This document shows, piece after piece, positions 38,609 through 48,175 of a stretch of 64,000 nt of DNA. How positions within the stretch are numbered: the stretch's first letter is position 1; each line of letters opens with the position of its first letter. The notes below the pieces were generated by a model. It saw nothing but the letters and a program-made list of their open reading frames with translations, had not been told where the DNA came from and did not search any database. Origin of the DNA: Candidatus Bathyarchaeia archaeon (GTDB lineage Archaea; Thermoproteota; Bathyarchaeia; Bathyarchaeales; Bathycorpusculaceae); the NCBI GenBank assembly GCA_049970895.1, contig JBMFMB010000006.1, positions 1 through 64,000 of the forward strand, written 5' to 3'. A program made the position numbers and the translations under genes.

Positions 38609-40162
38609 TTATTCAGCTCTTAAGTTTAGCCTCCGATACATTTGCCTATTATTCTTGTAGATACCCTTAAACTCTTTGAAGACTTTCTCATAAATGGCAG
38701 CGTTCTGCATGTTCGGCTTATAAACAGCGTCTATTTTCACCAGCTTTTCCGCATCCTCAAAGCTTTTGACATAGCCCAGAGCAATCATAGCTATTATTGC
38801 GGCTCCTTTTGCGCCAGCCTCTTTCGGGTCGCTGACCCTGTTTATTCTCTTGTTTAGGACATCTGCAAATATTTGGCACCAAACGTTGGATATTGCGCCG
38901 CCGCCTATGATGTTTATGCTTTCAGCTTTTCCGGCAAGCTTTTCCATATAGAACAATGCCCACTTCATGTTTAGGGCTACGCCTTCAAAAACAGCCCGAA
39001 CCATGTGCTCTCGTGTGTGTTCTAGGCTGAGGTTGTGGAATCCTCCTCTTACAGTTGGGTCGTCCAGCGGGGCCCTTTCGCCGAAGAGCCATGGCGTAAA
39101 TATTAAGCCGTCCGCGCCAGGGTTGATTCTCGCTGCCATTTCACCAAAAAGTTCATAGACATCTTCTCTGCTTTCCTTAAACATTGTGTTTTTCAGCCAG
39201 TCTAAGCATGCCCCGGCTGTTTCTTGTTCCGCCACGCAAAGGTACATTTCTGGGTTTGCACTGCAAATGCAGCCAATGTAATGGAACAAGTCCTTCTTCC
39301 TTTCCGAGAGGTGGCAGCCAAGCCAACCGCTTGTTCCAACATAGGCGTGGATTTTCCCCTCTTTTACTGCACCTGAGCCTACAGCTGCTGAAGCCACGTC
39401 CCCGGCTCCAACGACCACTGGTGTGCCTTCCAGCAGTCCTGTCTCTGCGGCTGCTTCCGCCGTGAGTTTGCCAGCTATGTCTGTTGCCTTCATTATTTCT
39501 GGAAGTTTGGCTCTGTCTATCCCATACTTTTTGAGGATTGCCTCTGACCAGTTGAATCTTCCCATTCTTGTGTCCATCATCCACCATATGTTGGCGTAGT
39601 CTCTGCTTATTACGAAGTTTCCAGTGCACTTGTAGACGAGGTAGTCTTTGCAGTCGAGGAACTTGTAGGTTTCAGCGTAAATTTTCGGCTGCTCCTCTTT
39701 AATCCATAAGATTTTGCATATCGGATCTTTCCCAACATGCCCGTAAATCCCGCCAGTTACGCTTAGAAACCTTATTAGGGTGAGCAGCCCATATCCGGCT
39801 ATTTTTATTATTCCGCGGCTCATTTTTTCAGCTTGCCCTTTCGCTCTTGTGTCAAGCCATATCATGCACGGCATTAGCGGCTCGCCGTCTTTGTCCACTG
39901 GAAGCGTTCCAGACATTTGAGTTGCAAATATGATGGCAGCAATGTCGGAAGGCTTAACATTCGTCTTTTCCAGAAGTGCCTTTGTGGTTTTTGTGACGGC
40001 GTTCCACCAGTCTAACGGTTTTTGTTCTGCATATCCGCTTTTTGGAAAGTATACTGGATATTCTGCAGAGGCATGTCCAACTATTTCGCCATCTAACCGC
40101 ACCAGCACAGCCTTATTGCTTGTTGTCCCAGTGTCGTGGGCGAGTATATATTTGCCTTTCAA
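38609..40162 (-). CDS. FGGY-family carbohydrate kinase (xylulokinase-like)
   Basis: HDTGTT, WLDTR, GAGD, GTSGW, PWLFGERAP, RAVFEGVA and GGGA motifs; start overlaps the upstream stop codon. Confidence 0.92.
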   Translation of the reverse strand: MKGKYILAHDTGTTSNKAVLVRLDGEIVGHASAEYPVYFPKSGYAEQKPLDWWNAVTKTTKALLEKTNVKPSDIAAIIFATQMSGTLPVDKDGEPLMPCMIWLDTRAKGQAEKMSRGIIKIAGYGLLTLIRFLSVTGGIYGHVGKDPICKILWIKEEQPKIYAETYKFLDCKDYLVYKCTGNFVISRDYANIWWMMDTRMGRFNWSEAILKKYGIDRAKLPEIMKATDIAGKLTAEAAAETGLLEGTPVVVGAGDVASAAVGSGAVKEGKIHAYVGTSGWLGCHLSERKKDLFHYIGCICSANPEMYLCVAEQETAGACLDWLKNTMFKESREDVYELFGEMAARINPGADGLIFTPWLFGERAPLDDPTVRGGFHNLSLEHTREHMVRAVFEGVALNMKWALFYMEKLAGKAESINIIGGGAISNVWCQIFADVLNKRINRVSDPKEAGAKGAAIIAMIALGYVKSFEDAEKLVKIDAVYKPNMQNAAIYEKVFKEFKGIYKNNRQMYRRLNLRAE

Positions 40163-41388
40163 GGTCCTTTAACCAGCGATTCTAGGCTTAATCTGTGAAC
40201 TTTGCCATCTTTATCGATGTGCTCGACACGGATGGGCAAGCCCACAGTTCCGCCTATTCTTATCTTCTCCTTTGCAAGCGTAAACAACTCAATCGGGTCC
40301 ACGGCGGCTTCTGGTGGAAAAACGCCCTTCAGCTTTATCTTCCCCATAGCCATAAGCATGGTTCCCAAGGCGGCTGGCACACCTGTCCCTTCCCGCATTC
40401 CCATGCCCCTCGAAGCCATAGAAAACACATATGTGCTTGGCTGACCTTTCTTCTTGCCTTTAACAACTATTTTTAGACAACCCATGGGCTCAGTTATCCC
40501 GGCTTCCTTCAAGAGTTTAGGCCTCTGATGCAAAGCGAAAGCCACTGCAAAATCTATTGGCGCAATCTTCTTCCCGTCAACTTCTATTGGCTCCTCGCTT
40601 GTCATTCCGAGGCGCACAATACCCTTAATAAGCTCGGCATATGCTGGGGGCAAAACCAAGCCGAGGTTTGTTACGCGGCGAACACCCTTAATATACCTTG
40701 GAAGAGTTATCGTCTCTGGATGAGGATAGGCGTAAACCCTATATGTTCCGACGTCTGCAAACTCAACATCCTCTTCTAAGGCTTTGCCGCTTTCCTCCAA
40801 AACCTTAACAGTCTTAAATTCTCCATCAAGAAACATCGGAACTGGTATTATCATGGAGTGTATCCTATGCTTAACAACCGCTGGCCCTTCGGTTTCCTCC
40901 CCTCCGTGAGCATGATAAATGTCTATGGCTTCAACCTCGTCCAGAAGCATGTCAGCACAAAATCTAACAAGAACATTTGCAACGCCTGGAGAGCTGCCCA
41001 TTCCTATAAGGGCTGAAATCCCAGCCTTTTTGGCTTCACCATCCATTTTTAAAAGCGCCTCAGTGGCGTCAACATCATCACATATATCCACATGGTTTAC
41101 CCCAGCCGCGATGCATGCTTTCAAAACTATTGGGGCGTACTTGTAGAATGGGCCAACGCAGCTTAATATGACATCAGAACCCTTAATCGTCTTTTGAAGC
41201 CGGCTTGAATCTGTAACGTCAATTTTTACCGCTGAAACGCCTTTAACGCCTATTTCTGATGCAAACTTCTTCGCCCTTTCAAAGGCGACATCTCCTATGA
41301 CAACTTCTGAAAACATTCCGCTTGATGCTAGAATTCTGGTGGCCATGCTTCCAATGGTTCCAGCTCCACCCAAAACTGTAACTTTCAT
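40159..41388 (-). CDS. Saccharopine dehydrogenase-fold oxidoreductase (paralog 2)
   Basis: LGGAGTIG, CVGPFY, VDICDD, GMGSSPG, HPET and GVFPPEA motifs. Confidence 0.87.
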   Translation of the reverse strand: MKVTVLGGAGTIGSMATRILASSGMFSEVVIGDVAFERAKKFASEIGVKGVSAVKIDVTDSSRLQKTIKGSDVILSCVGPFYKYAPIVLKACIAAGVNHVDICDDVDATEALLKMDGEAKKAGISALIGMGSSPGVANVLVRFCADMLLDEVEAIDIYHAHGGEETEGPAVVKHRIHSMIIPVPMFLDGEFKTVKVLEESGKALEEDVEFADVGTYRVYAYPHPETITLPRYIKGVRRVTNLGLVLPPAYAELIKGIVRLGMTSEEPIEVDGKKIAPIDFAVAFALHQRPKLLKEAGITEPMGCLKIVVKGKKKGQPSTYVFSMASRGMGMREGTGVPAALGTMLMAMGKIKLKGVFPPEAAVDPIELFTLAKEKIRIGGTVGLPIRVEHIDKDGKVHRLSLESLVKGP

Positions 41389-41499
41389 GTCATACACCAA
41401 CCTTTCAGAAATTAATGTTAGTCTTAAGATTATTTAGCATTTGTGGAACATAGACAAACAGCAAAACATATCAATTAAAATTCGTAAAACAGAGGAAAC

Positions 41500-42744
41500 A
41501 TGGGAAAAGCAGAAGTACATTCTTACCGTTGGGTTGTCCTGTTCACGTATATGCTTGTGGCTGTTGTTTCCCAAATCCTTTGGCTAAACTTTGCCCCAAT
41601 AACAACGCCTATAATGACATCCATATTCAGAGTAACAGAGTCTGACGTTGGACTCTTATCAATGGTTTGGCCATTGCTCTTCATTCCCGTATCCATTCCA
41701 GCTGGAATGCTCATAGATAAGAAGGGCTTCAAGTTTGGGGTTTCGATAGGAGCCCTAATAATGGCTGTTTTCGCTGTTCTGCGAATCTTTTCAGGAGAAA
41801 ACTTCACAATACTTCTCATATTCCAATCCTGCGCCGCGCTGGGTCAACCATTTGTTTTTAACGCTGTATCAAAACTCGTAACGTTATGGTTCCCCTTTGA
41901 AGAGCGTGCATTAGCCACAGGAATAGGCATAATGGGCCAATACATTGGAATGATAGTGGCTATGATGCTCACACCTTTTCTTGTGCCAAAGCCAAACATC
42001 GCATTATTGACCAACATGCTTGTAATCTATGCGGCAGTATCCGTGATAAGTGCAGCTCTCTTCATCATATTGGCTAGGGAAAAACCAAAATCTACCAGTC
42101 ATGAGGCAACAGCAGAAGAGGTTAAGGCTTCCATCGCATTCAAGGACATTAAGGGGTTCTTTGGGAAAAAGGATTTCATAATCCTTGAAGCCCTATTCTT
42201 CATTGGGGTTGGACTTTTCACGGCACTACTCACATGGCTAGAAACAATCTTAAACACACGGGGATTAGGCGCCACAGACGCCGGGCTAATCGGCGGAATA
42301 ATCATCATTGGAGGAATATTCGGTTCTCTAGCCATTCCTGGAATTTCCGACAAAACAGCACGGAGGAAACCCTTCATAATTATAGACTTGGCGGTTGCCG
42401 CAGTCATACTTTACTTTTTTGCTGAAACTGGTGATTTCCTAATTTTGGCCGTTATGGGCTTTATTTTGGGCTTCTTCCTCATGTCAGCCCTGCCAATAGG
42501 CCTAGAAATGTCAGCTGAAATTGTCGGTTCAGCTTTAGCTGGAAGTGCATCAAGCTTTCTTTGGCTATTCTCCCAGGCTGGCTCAGTAATTTTAATCTTC
42601 TTCATGGACGCTGTTAAATCTGCGACAGAAAGCCTCTACCCGTCAAATCCCTACTATCTTTCAGTTATATCCATATTCATATTAGACATAATCGCTTTGG
42701 TGCTTTGCCTACTGCTTAAAGAAACAGCGAAAGCCAAGGGTTAG
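41500..42744 (+). CDS. MFS transporter, FLVCR/SLC49-like
   Basis: About 12 TM helices; YRWVVL...WLNFAPI, GQPF and WFPFEERALAT motifs. Confidence 0.85.
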   Translation: MGKAEVHSYRWVVLFTYMLVAVVSQILWLNFAPITTPIMTSIFRVTESDVGLLSMVWPLLFIPVSIPAGMLIDKKGFKFGVSIGALIMAVFAVLRIFSGENFTILLIFQSCAALGQPFVFNAVSKLVTLWFPFEERALATGIGIMGQYIGMIVAMMLTPFLVPKPNIALLTNMLVIYAAVSVISAALFIILAREKPKSTSHEATAEEVKASIAFKDIKGFFGKKDFIILEALFFIGVGLFTALLTWLETILNTRGLGATDAGLIGGIIIIGGIFGSLAIPGISDKTARRKPFIIIDLAVAAVILYFFAETGDFLILAVMGFILGFFLMSALPIGLEMSAEIVGSALAGSASSFLWLFSQAGSVILIFFMDAVKSATESLYPSNPYYLSVISIFILDIIALVLCLLLKETAKAKG

Positions 42745-43430
42745 ATTCTGAAAACCTTAAACTTGCTCTTAAGAGCCTCCAAATCTGTGCTTCCAAACTT
42801 GGACTGGAGCTTTCGCTTTAGGGCTTCCCAGCTCACAGCATCCTTTCCGCCAAGCATTGTGGCAACAAACTGAACTTTTGCACATTCCTCCACCATCCTA
42901 TTTAAGAGAGATGCTTCCTCAACCGTTGAGCCAACAGTGATAATACCATGATTCTCCAAAATGACAGCGTTAAAGTTCCTAATCAGCCTTTGAACAGCCT
43001 CAGCTAACGCTTTAGACCCTGGCAACTCAAAGGGCACTATAGGCACTCCATTGGGAATATAAAGAAACATTTCCACCTGCAACGGAATTATCTCAACCCC
43101 AGCTATCCCGAAAGCTGTGGCAAATGGGGCATGCGTGTGAACAATCCCGTTGACATCATTTCTGACACGGTAAATTGCAGTATGTAAAGGTGTCTCTATT
43201 GAAGGCTCTTTAGCACCCTCAACCTTATTTCCATCTAAATCTACAACAATAAAATCTTCAGCCTCCAAGAAACCCATAGAAACACCCGAAGGTTTTATCA
43301 AAACCCTATCTGTTCCAGTAATTCGCGCGCTAACATTCCCTTCAGTTCCAACCACAAGGCCATAATTATATAATTGTCTACCAACATTTACTAAACTTTC
43401 CCTTAAAGCGTAAACAACATCCTTGCTCAT
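42741..43430 (-). CDS. Class II aldolase/adducin family (FucA-like)
   Basis: EGNVS, KPSG, PSIETPLH, HTH and NHG motifs. Confidence 0.9.
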   Translation of the reverse strand: MSKDVVYALRESLVNVGRQLYNYGLVVGTEGNVSARITGTDRVLIKPSGVSMGFLEAEDFIVVDLDGNKVEGAKEPSIETPLHTAIYRVRNDVNGIVHTHAPFATAFGIAGVEIIPLQVEMFLYIPNGVPIVPFELPGSKALAEAVQRLIRNFNAVILENHGIITVGSTVEEASLLNRMVEECAKVQFVATMLGGKDAVSWEALKRKLQSKFGSTDLEALKSKFKVFRI

Positions 43431-43588
43431 AATAAACCTCCCTATAGCGCACAAAATCATATTTTTAATTTACCTTTTAGTTTTTGCTAAGATTTCCGTT
43501 CAACGTTACTAAACTTTCAAGTGATATCTAGGTTTTATCCAAACCTCCGCAAAGTTTTATTTTCACCTCTGTAGAGATGAAAAGTGCA

Positions 43589-45118
43589 TTAATACAAGGT
43601 TTTCCCAATCAGATGTATTATGTCGCTTCTTGTCAATATCCCTATTAATTTATTTTTGTTTGTTTTGTCAAATACTAAAATTCTGCCAATGTTGTGTTTA
43701 TTCATTTTTGCAAGGGCTTCAGCGATGGAGTTGTCAGGGTAAATTGTGATCAGTTTTTTAGTGCAGATTTCACCGATGGAAACCTTGTTTCGCTTTTCTT
43801 CTACAATTTTCATTGCATCTTGGAGTGTTACTATTCCGATGACGTTGCCCGATTCGTCTGTAACTGGAAAGCCTACATGGTGGTATGTGACTATTTTTTC
43901 AAGAAATTGGTTAACAGATAAAGTCGAAGGCAACGTCATCACGTCTCTTGTCATAACTTCTTCCACTTTAACTCTTCTTAGTAGGCTGATTTCGCTTAGT
44001 TTGGGCTTGACGAAGAGTTCCGCCGCTGGGATTTGCATGCCTTTTTCCCTCATAGTTTTCATTTCCTGCAATGCACTGTTTCTTTTGTACGCTGACAATT
44101 GAAGTAGGTGCACTAATGCTTGAGGCTCCTCTTCAATATTCTTGGTTATTATGACACAGCTGGCTAAAGCCCTTTTAAAAAATTCCTCACCTTTTCTGGT
44201 CCTGATAATTACAATTGACCACTCTTTTAACGGGCTTGCTCCACCAAGGCTTAAGTCGGCATATTCTGAGGTGAAGTCTACACATGTTTTGCAGCGGTTT
44301 AGGATATGAGGCTTAACTTTAGAAATGGAGATGCTGATCTGCCGATTTTCCATGTTTACAATGTACGAGTCTGCGGACAAATCGATGCTTTGAATTTCAT
44401 TAGCAGCGATATAATACTCATCTAAGAGATACTCCAACAGCGTGCTTAATGAGAAGCCCCAAAGGCAGAAAAGTCCAATAACTATTTCAAGGCTTTCCAT
44501 GATTTTGTGCTGCCATGCTTCAAGTTTCCTAAGTCCAAGAACATGGCATGGTATGCCCACGAAGGCAATATGGGTCTTGCCATGTTCAAAAACAGCGCGT
44601 CCGTATGCTTGGGCAACGGCCGAAGGCACAATTTTAGAGTCTACAGCGGAGAGCATGTCATCTGGCACAAGACTTATGGAAGACTTAACCTTCAGGGATG
44701 TTATTGGCGACGCTTCAGAAGTTATGGCGCAATCAATAATTTTTTCGTTAATGGCATAATTAAGAAGCGCATTGACAACTCCTCCGCTTTTTGTTGCGGC
44801 TCTTATGCATGGATTGGCAGCTTGTGCGAGCAGAATTTCCCTATAGTAACCCAAGTTTTCTCTTCTTCTTGGTGCATCGGCAACGAACCTTAATGCTTCA
44901 TAGGTAAGTGCGTCGGTGTGGGGGCATATGTCATAGCAAATTGGGCATGTATCGATATGTTCGGAGCAGTCGTAAAGTCTTTGCGGCTTTTCATGCTCTA
45001 CTTTTATTGCGTGGATGGGGCATGCGGCTTCACATGCACCGCACACCGTGCAAAAACCGGGCTGTATTATCATGCGCTCCAAATCGTTAAAGGCTATTAG
45101 TTTATTGCTTGGCTGCAT
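43589..45118 (-). CDS. FrhB/FpoF-like F420-interacting subunit with N-terminal ferredoxin domain and C-terminal CBS pair
   Basis: CTVCGACEAACP, CPICYDICP, SGGVV, VGIPC, IGLFC and CKTCVDFTSEYADLSLG, followed by two CBS repeats. Confidence 0.88.
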   Translation of the reverse strand: MQPSNKLIAFNDLERMIIQPGFCTVCGACEAACPIHAIKVEHEKPQRLYDCSEHIDTCPICYDICPHTDALTYEALRFVADAPRRRENLGYYREILLAQAANPCIRAATKSGGVVNALLNYAINEKIIDCAITSEASPITSLKVKSSISLVPDDMLSAVDSKIVPSAVAQAYGRAVFEHGKTHIAFVGIPCHVLGLRKLEAWQHKIMESLEIVIGLFCLWGFSLSTLLEYLLDEYYIAANEIQSIDLSADSYIVNMENRQISISISKVKPHILNRCKTCVDFTSEYADLSLGGASPLKEWSIVIIRTRKGEEFFKRALASCVIITKNIEEEPQALVHLLQLSAYKRNSALQEMKTMREKGMQIPAAELFVKPKLSEISLLRRVKVEEVMTRDVMTLPSTLSVNQFLEKIVTYHHVGFPVTDESGNVIGIVTLQDAMKIVEEKRNKVSIGEICTKKLITIYPDNSIAEALAKMNKHNIGRILVFDKTNKNKLIGILTRSDIIHLIGKTLY

Positions 45119-45170
45119 GGCTTAATCCTAACTATAATTGGGAAAAACATGCTTAAATATGCATTTAGGT

Positions 45171-46670
45171 TTAGGGCATCAGCTGGAATTGCTGTATAAC
45201 TGGTTCTATAAGGTTTAAAACTATGTTTGGGTAAACGCCCAAAACAACTATTGTAGCGGCAAGGATGAAGATTGGAATAAGTAACTTTTTTGGTTCTTTG
45301 ATCTTGCCTTCCTCTTTTGGCTTTTTTGCATACATGTAGTTTATCAGCCTTAACAGATATGCAGCTTGGATAACGCTGGTTAGTACGCCTACAATGGCTA
45401 ACCAACCCATATTCGCCTCTATGGCAGATGTGAAAACCAAGTATTTTGCTATAAAACCGGCGAAAGCCGGAACTCCTGCGAATGAAAATGCTGCTAGAAC
45501 TAGGGCTAGGCTTGTAAGCGGCATTCTTCTGCCAACTCCGGAAAAATCTTCCATGTTTTTAATTCCCATGCTGTTGAAAACTCCGATGATCATGAATGCG
45601 AGGGCTGTTGTAATTCCGCCAGCAAGAAAGAAGTATAGGTTTCCCATTATTCCAAGAGGTGTCACGCTTGTTATTGCCACAAGATTGTAGCCCACGTCCG
45701 CAATGCAAACATATGCAATTAAACGTTTAACATCCCTTTCCGTTAGCGCAAGTAGATTGCCAACAATCATGGTTAATGCGGAGAGAACTGCAAACATAAA
45801 ATTCCATGGCAAAACTGTTGGAGGCGTTAAAATATAAATTAGCACCCTTAACAGCACATAGTAACTTGCCTGATCAACGAGTGCCGATAAGAACGCCGAA
45901 GAAGAAGCTGGAGCTGCTGTGTATGCGTCTGGGAGCCACATATGGAATGGCACAACTGCAGCCTCGATGGAGTAACCAGCCGCAATGAAAACGAATACTA
46001 TTTCAAGCAGACGCTTATCAGCAAGAGCTGCGAGGGCGTGTTTCACCTCCCAGAAATTAAGTGTGCCAGTAATAGCGTAAATCACTGAGAGTCCATAGAT
46101 TATGAAGGCCGAAGCCATTATTATCATAACCAGATACTTTATTGTGGCATGCAGAGACCTTGCAGTTTTTTGGTATAGCATCAAGAAGCTTGAGCCGGCT
46201 GCCGTTGCCTCCCAGAAAATAAATAGTGTTAAAAAGTCGCCGGCCAGAACGGTTCCAGTAACACAGCCAATAATCATTAAAGTAACAGCGTAATAGCGTT
46301 CTGAAAGTTCCTTGTCAGAGTCTATGAAAAACAGGCTGTAAAGGATGGTGACTGCGCTGACACCAGTGAATATTATCGCCATATAAACTGATACTGCATC
46401 CACCAAAAACATGCTTGAGAAAATGGCTGAGGCATCTCCAGTTAATGATAAATTTAGGAAGGGTCTAGGCGATGGCTCGGCAAAATATTTCAACGCCAAG
46501 TTTGCCACAGCCACGCCGGTAACAATGAAAATTATTAGAAACCAAAAGAGTTTTAAGAGAATATTTTTCCCGCCTTTCACTTTGTTGATAATTTTAACGA
46601 CCGGTATTGTTAAAAGAGAAAATAAAACGAACGCAATTATTGGTAAAGAGGCATCCAGAAGCTCTATCAT
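45171..46670 (-). CDS. Antiporter-like membrane subunit (NuoN/FpoN-like)
   Basis: FIFWE, PFHMWLPDAYTAAP, KRLIAY and GVPAFAGFIAK; third antiporter gene of the series. Confidence 0.85.
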   Translation of the reverse strand: MIELLDASLPIIAFVLFSLLTIPVVKIINKVKGGKNILLKLFWFLIIFIVTGVAVANLALKYFAEPSPRPFLNLSLTGDASAIFSSMFLVDAVSVYMAIIFTGVSAVTILYSLFFIDSDKELSERYYAVTLMIIGCVTGTVLAGDFLTLFIFWEATAAGSSFLMLYQKTARSLHATIKYLVMIIMASAFIIYGLSVIYAITGTLNFWEVKHALAALADKRLLEIVFVFIAAGYSIEAAVVPFHMWLPDAYTAAPASSSAFLSALVDQASYYVLLRVLIYILTPPTVLPWNFMFAVLSALTMIVGNLLALTERDVKRLIAYVCIADVGYNLVAITSVTPLGIMGNLYFFLAGGITTALAFMIIGVFNSMGIKNMEDFSGVGRRMPLTSLALVLAAFSFAGVPAFAGFIAKYLVFTSAIEANMGWLAIVGVLTSVIQAAYLLRLINYMYAKKPKEEGKIKEPKKLLIPIFILAATIVVLGVYPNIVLNLIEPVIQQFQLMP

Positions 46671-46683
46671 CACGCGTTCCTCG

Positions 46684-48162
46684 CTAAACAAGGCTTGCAC
46701 TTGATATTAGTTGTGTGAAAAATGTGGGCCATACTCCAAGGGCAACGGTGAGCACGGCTAGAATAATCATGGCTGTCTTCATGAAGGATAAGGGGTCTGT
46801 TGCCTTTTCATGTTTTGTTGAGCCTAAAAAGACGTGGCTTAAGAACCTTAATGCGTAGGCTAGTGATAAAACCGTGGCTACTAACATTAGTGCTGTTGGG
46901 ATTAGATAGAAGTTGTCAATGTTGATCGCTTGAAATGCTCCAACAAATATTAGGAATTCGCTCATGAAACAAGCGAATGGTGGTACTCCCGCGATGCTGA
47001 GGGCTGCCACTGTTGATGATGTAGCTGTTATGGGCATTTGCCCCGCTAACCCGCCCATCTCCCTAATATCGCGAATTTCAAGTTGCTTCATAACCGCGCC
47101 TGCAGACAAGAAGAATAAGCCTTTACTCACAGCATGATTTACAAGGTGTAAAACCGTTCCCGTCACTGGTTCTTGGAATGGGAAAAGTGAGAGCCCAAAA
47201 AGAACGTAGCCCATGTGGGCTATGCTGGAATAGGCAATTATCCGTTTTATATCCGTCTCCACCAAAGCAATGAGGGAGCCGAAAAAGGCGGATATTATTC
47301 CAAAAATAGTTAATCCATGCAGAAACATGCTTCCGAAACTTGTTGCCATGACAGCTGGAAAAACCGTCCCTAAGGATACACGTAGTATCGCGTAGGCACC
47401 AGCGCTGATTATTACACCACTTAATAATGCGGACATGGGAGCCGGAGCCTCAGAATGCGCATCTGGCAACCACATGTGGACTGGAACAGCGGCCATTTTG
47501 ACGGCAAAGCCTACCGTGAGCGAGAGCAGAATCCATTTGACAAGTTCTGGGTTCGCCGCCTTTAATGCGTTTTGTGTTTGGAACATGTCTAAGTCGCCTG
47601 TAACCATGAATATTGCGCCTATACCCAGTAAGACGAAGATTGCGCCCGCGTGTGTGAATATGAAGAATTTGAAGGCTGCCCTGTAGGGCTCTCTGTAGCC
47701 CCATCCGCCTATTATGAAGTATGATGGCAAAAGCATTAGTTCCCAGCAGAAATAGAAGAGCATTAGGTTTGATGTTATGAAGACGCCGACGAGCCCTATT
47801 GAAAGTAATGTTAAAAGAGTGTAGTATCCAGCTAGTCCTTTCTTCTCTTGCATGTAATTTATGGAAAAGAGTGCGGCTGCCAAAATCAGTATTAGAGTTA
47901 TGATTGCCATTGAGAGGCTTATTCCATCAGCGAAAAGTGTGAAGGATGCGTGGAGAACTGGAATCCAATAGTAAGATTCAACATACTTGTGGTTTGCTCC
48001 GTTAAGGATTGTTGGCACGATTATTGAAAGAAGTGCGATGTTGATCACGCAGATTAGTGCTATAATAAAGGCTGGATATCTGGAAGATTTTTTGCCCAAA
48101 AAGTAAACGAATGGAGCAGCTGCTGCGGGCAATATTATTGTTAATAGAAGTGTGTTCTGCAT
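46684..48162 (-). CDS. Antiporter-like membrane subunit (NuoM/FpoM-like)
   Basis: FCWE, VKMAAVPVHMWLPDAHSEAP, KRIIAYSS and NHAVSK motifs. Confidence 0.9.
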   Translation of the reverse strand: MQNTLLLTIILPAAAAPFVYFLGKKSSRYPAFIIALICVINIALLSIIVPTILNGANHKYVESYYWIPVLHASFTLFADGISLSMAIITLILILAAALFSINYMQEKKGLAGYYTLLTLLSIGLVGVFITSNLMLFYFCWELMLLPSYFIIGGWGYREPYRAAFKFFIFTHAGAIFVLLGIGAIFMVTGDLDMFQTQNALKAANPELVKWILLSLTVGFAVKMAAVPVHMWLPDAHSEAPAPMSALLSGVIISAGAYAILRVSLGTVFPAVMATSFGSMFLHGLTIFGIISAFFGSLIALVETDIKRIIAYSSIAHMGYVLFGLSLFPFQEPVTGTVLHLVNHAVSKGLFFLSAGAVMKQLEIRDIREMGGLAGQMPITATSSTVAALSIAGVPPFACFMSEFLIFVGAFQAINIDNFYLIPTALMLVATVLSLAYALRFLSHVFLGSTKHEKATDPLSFMKTAMIILAVLTVALGVWPTFFTQLISSASLV

Positions 48163-48175
48163 TCACTTCGCCCCT

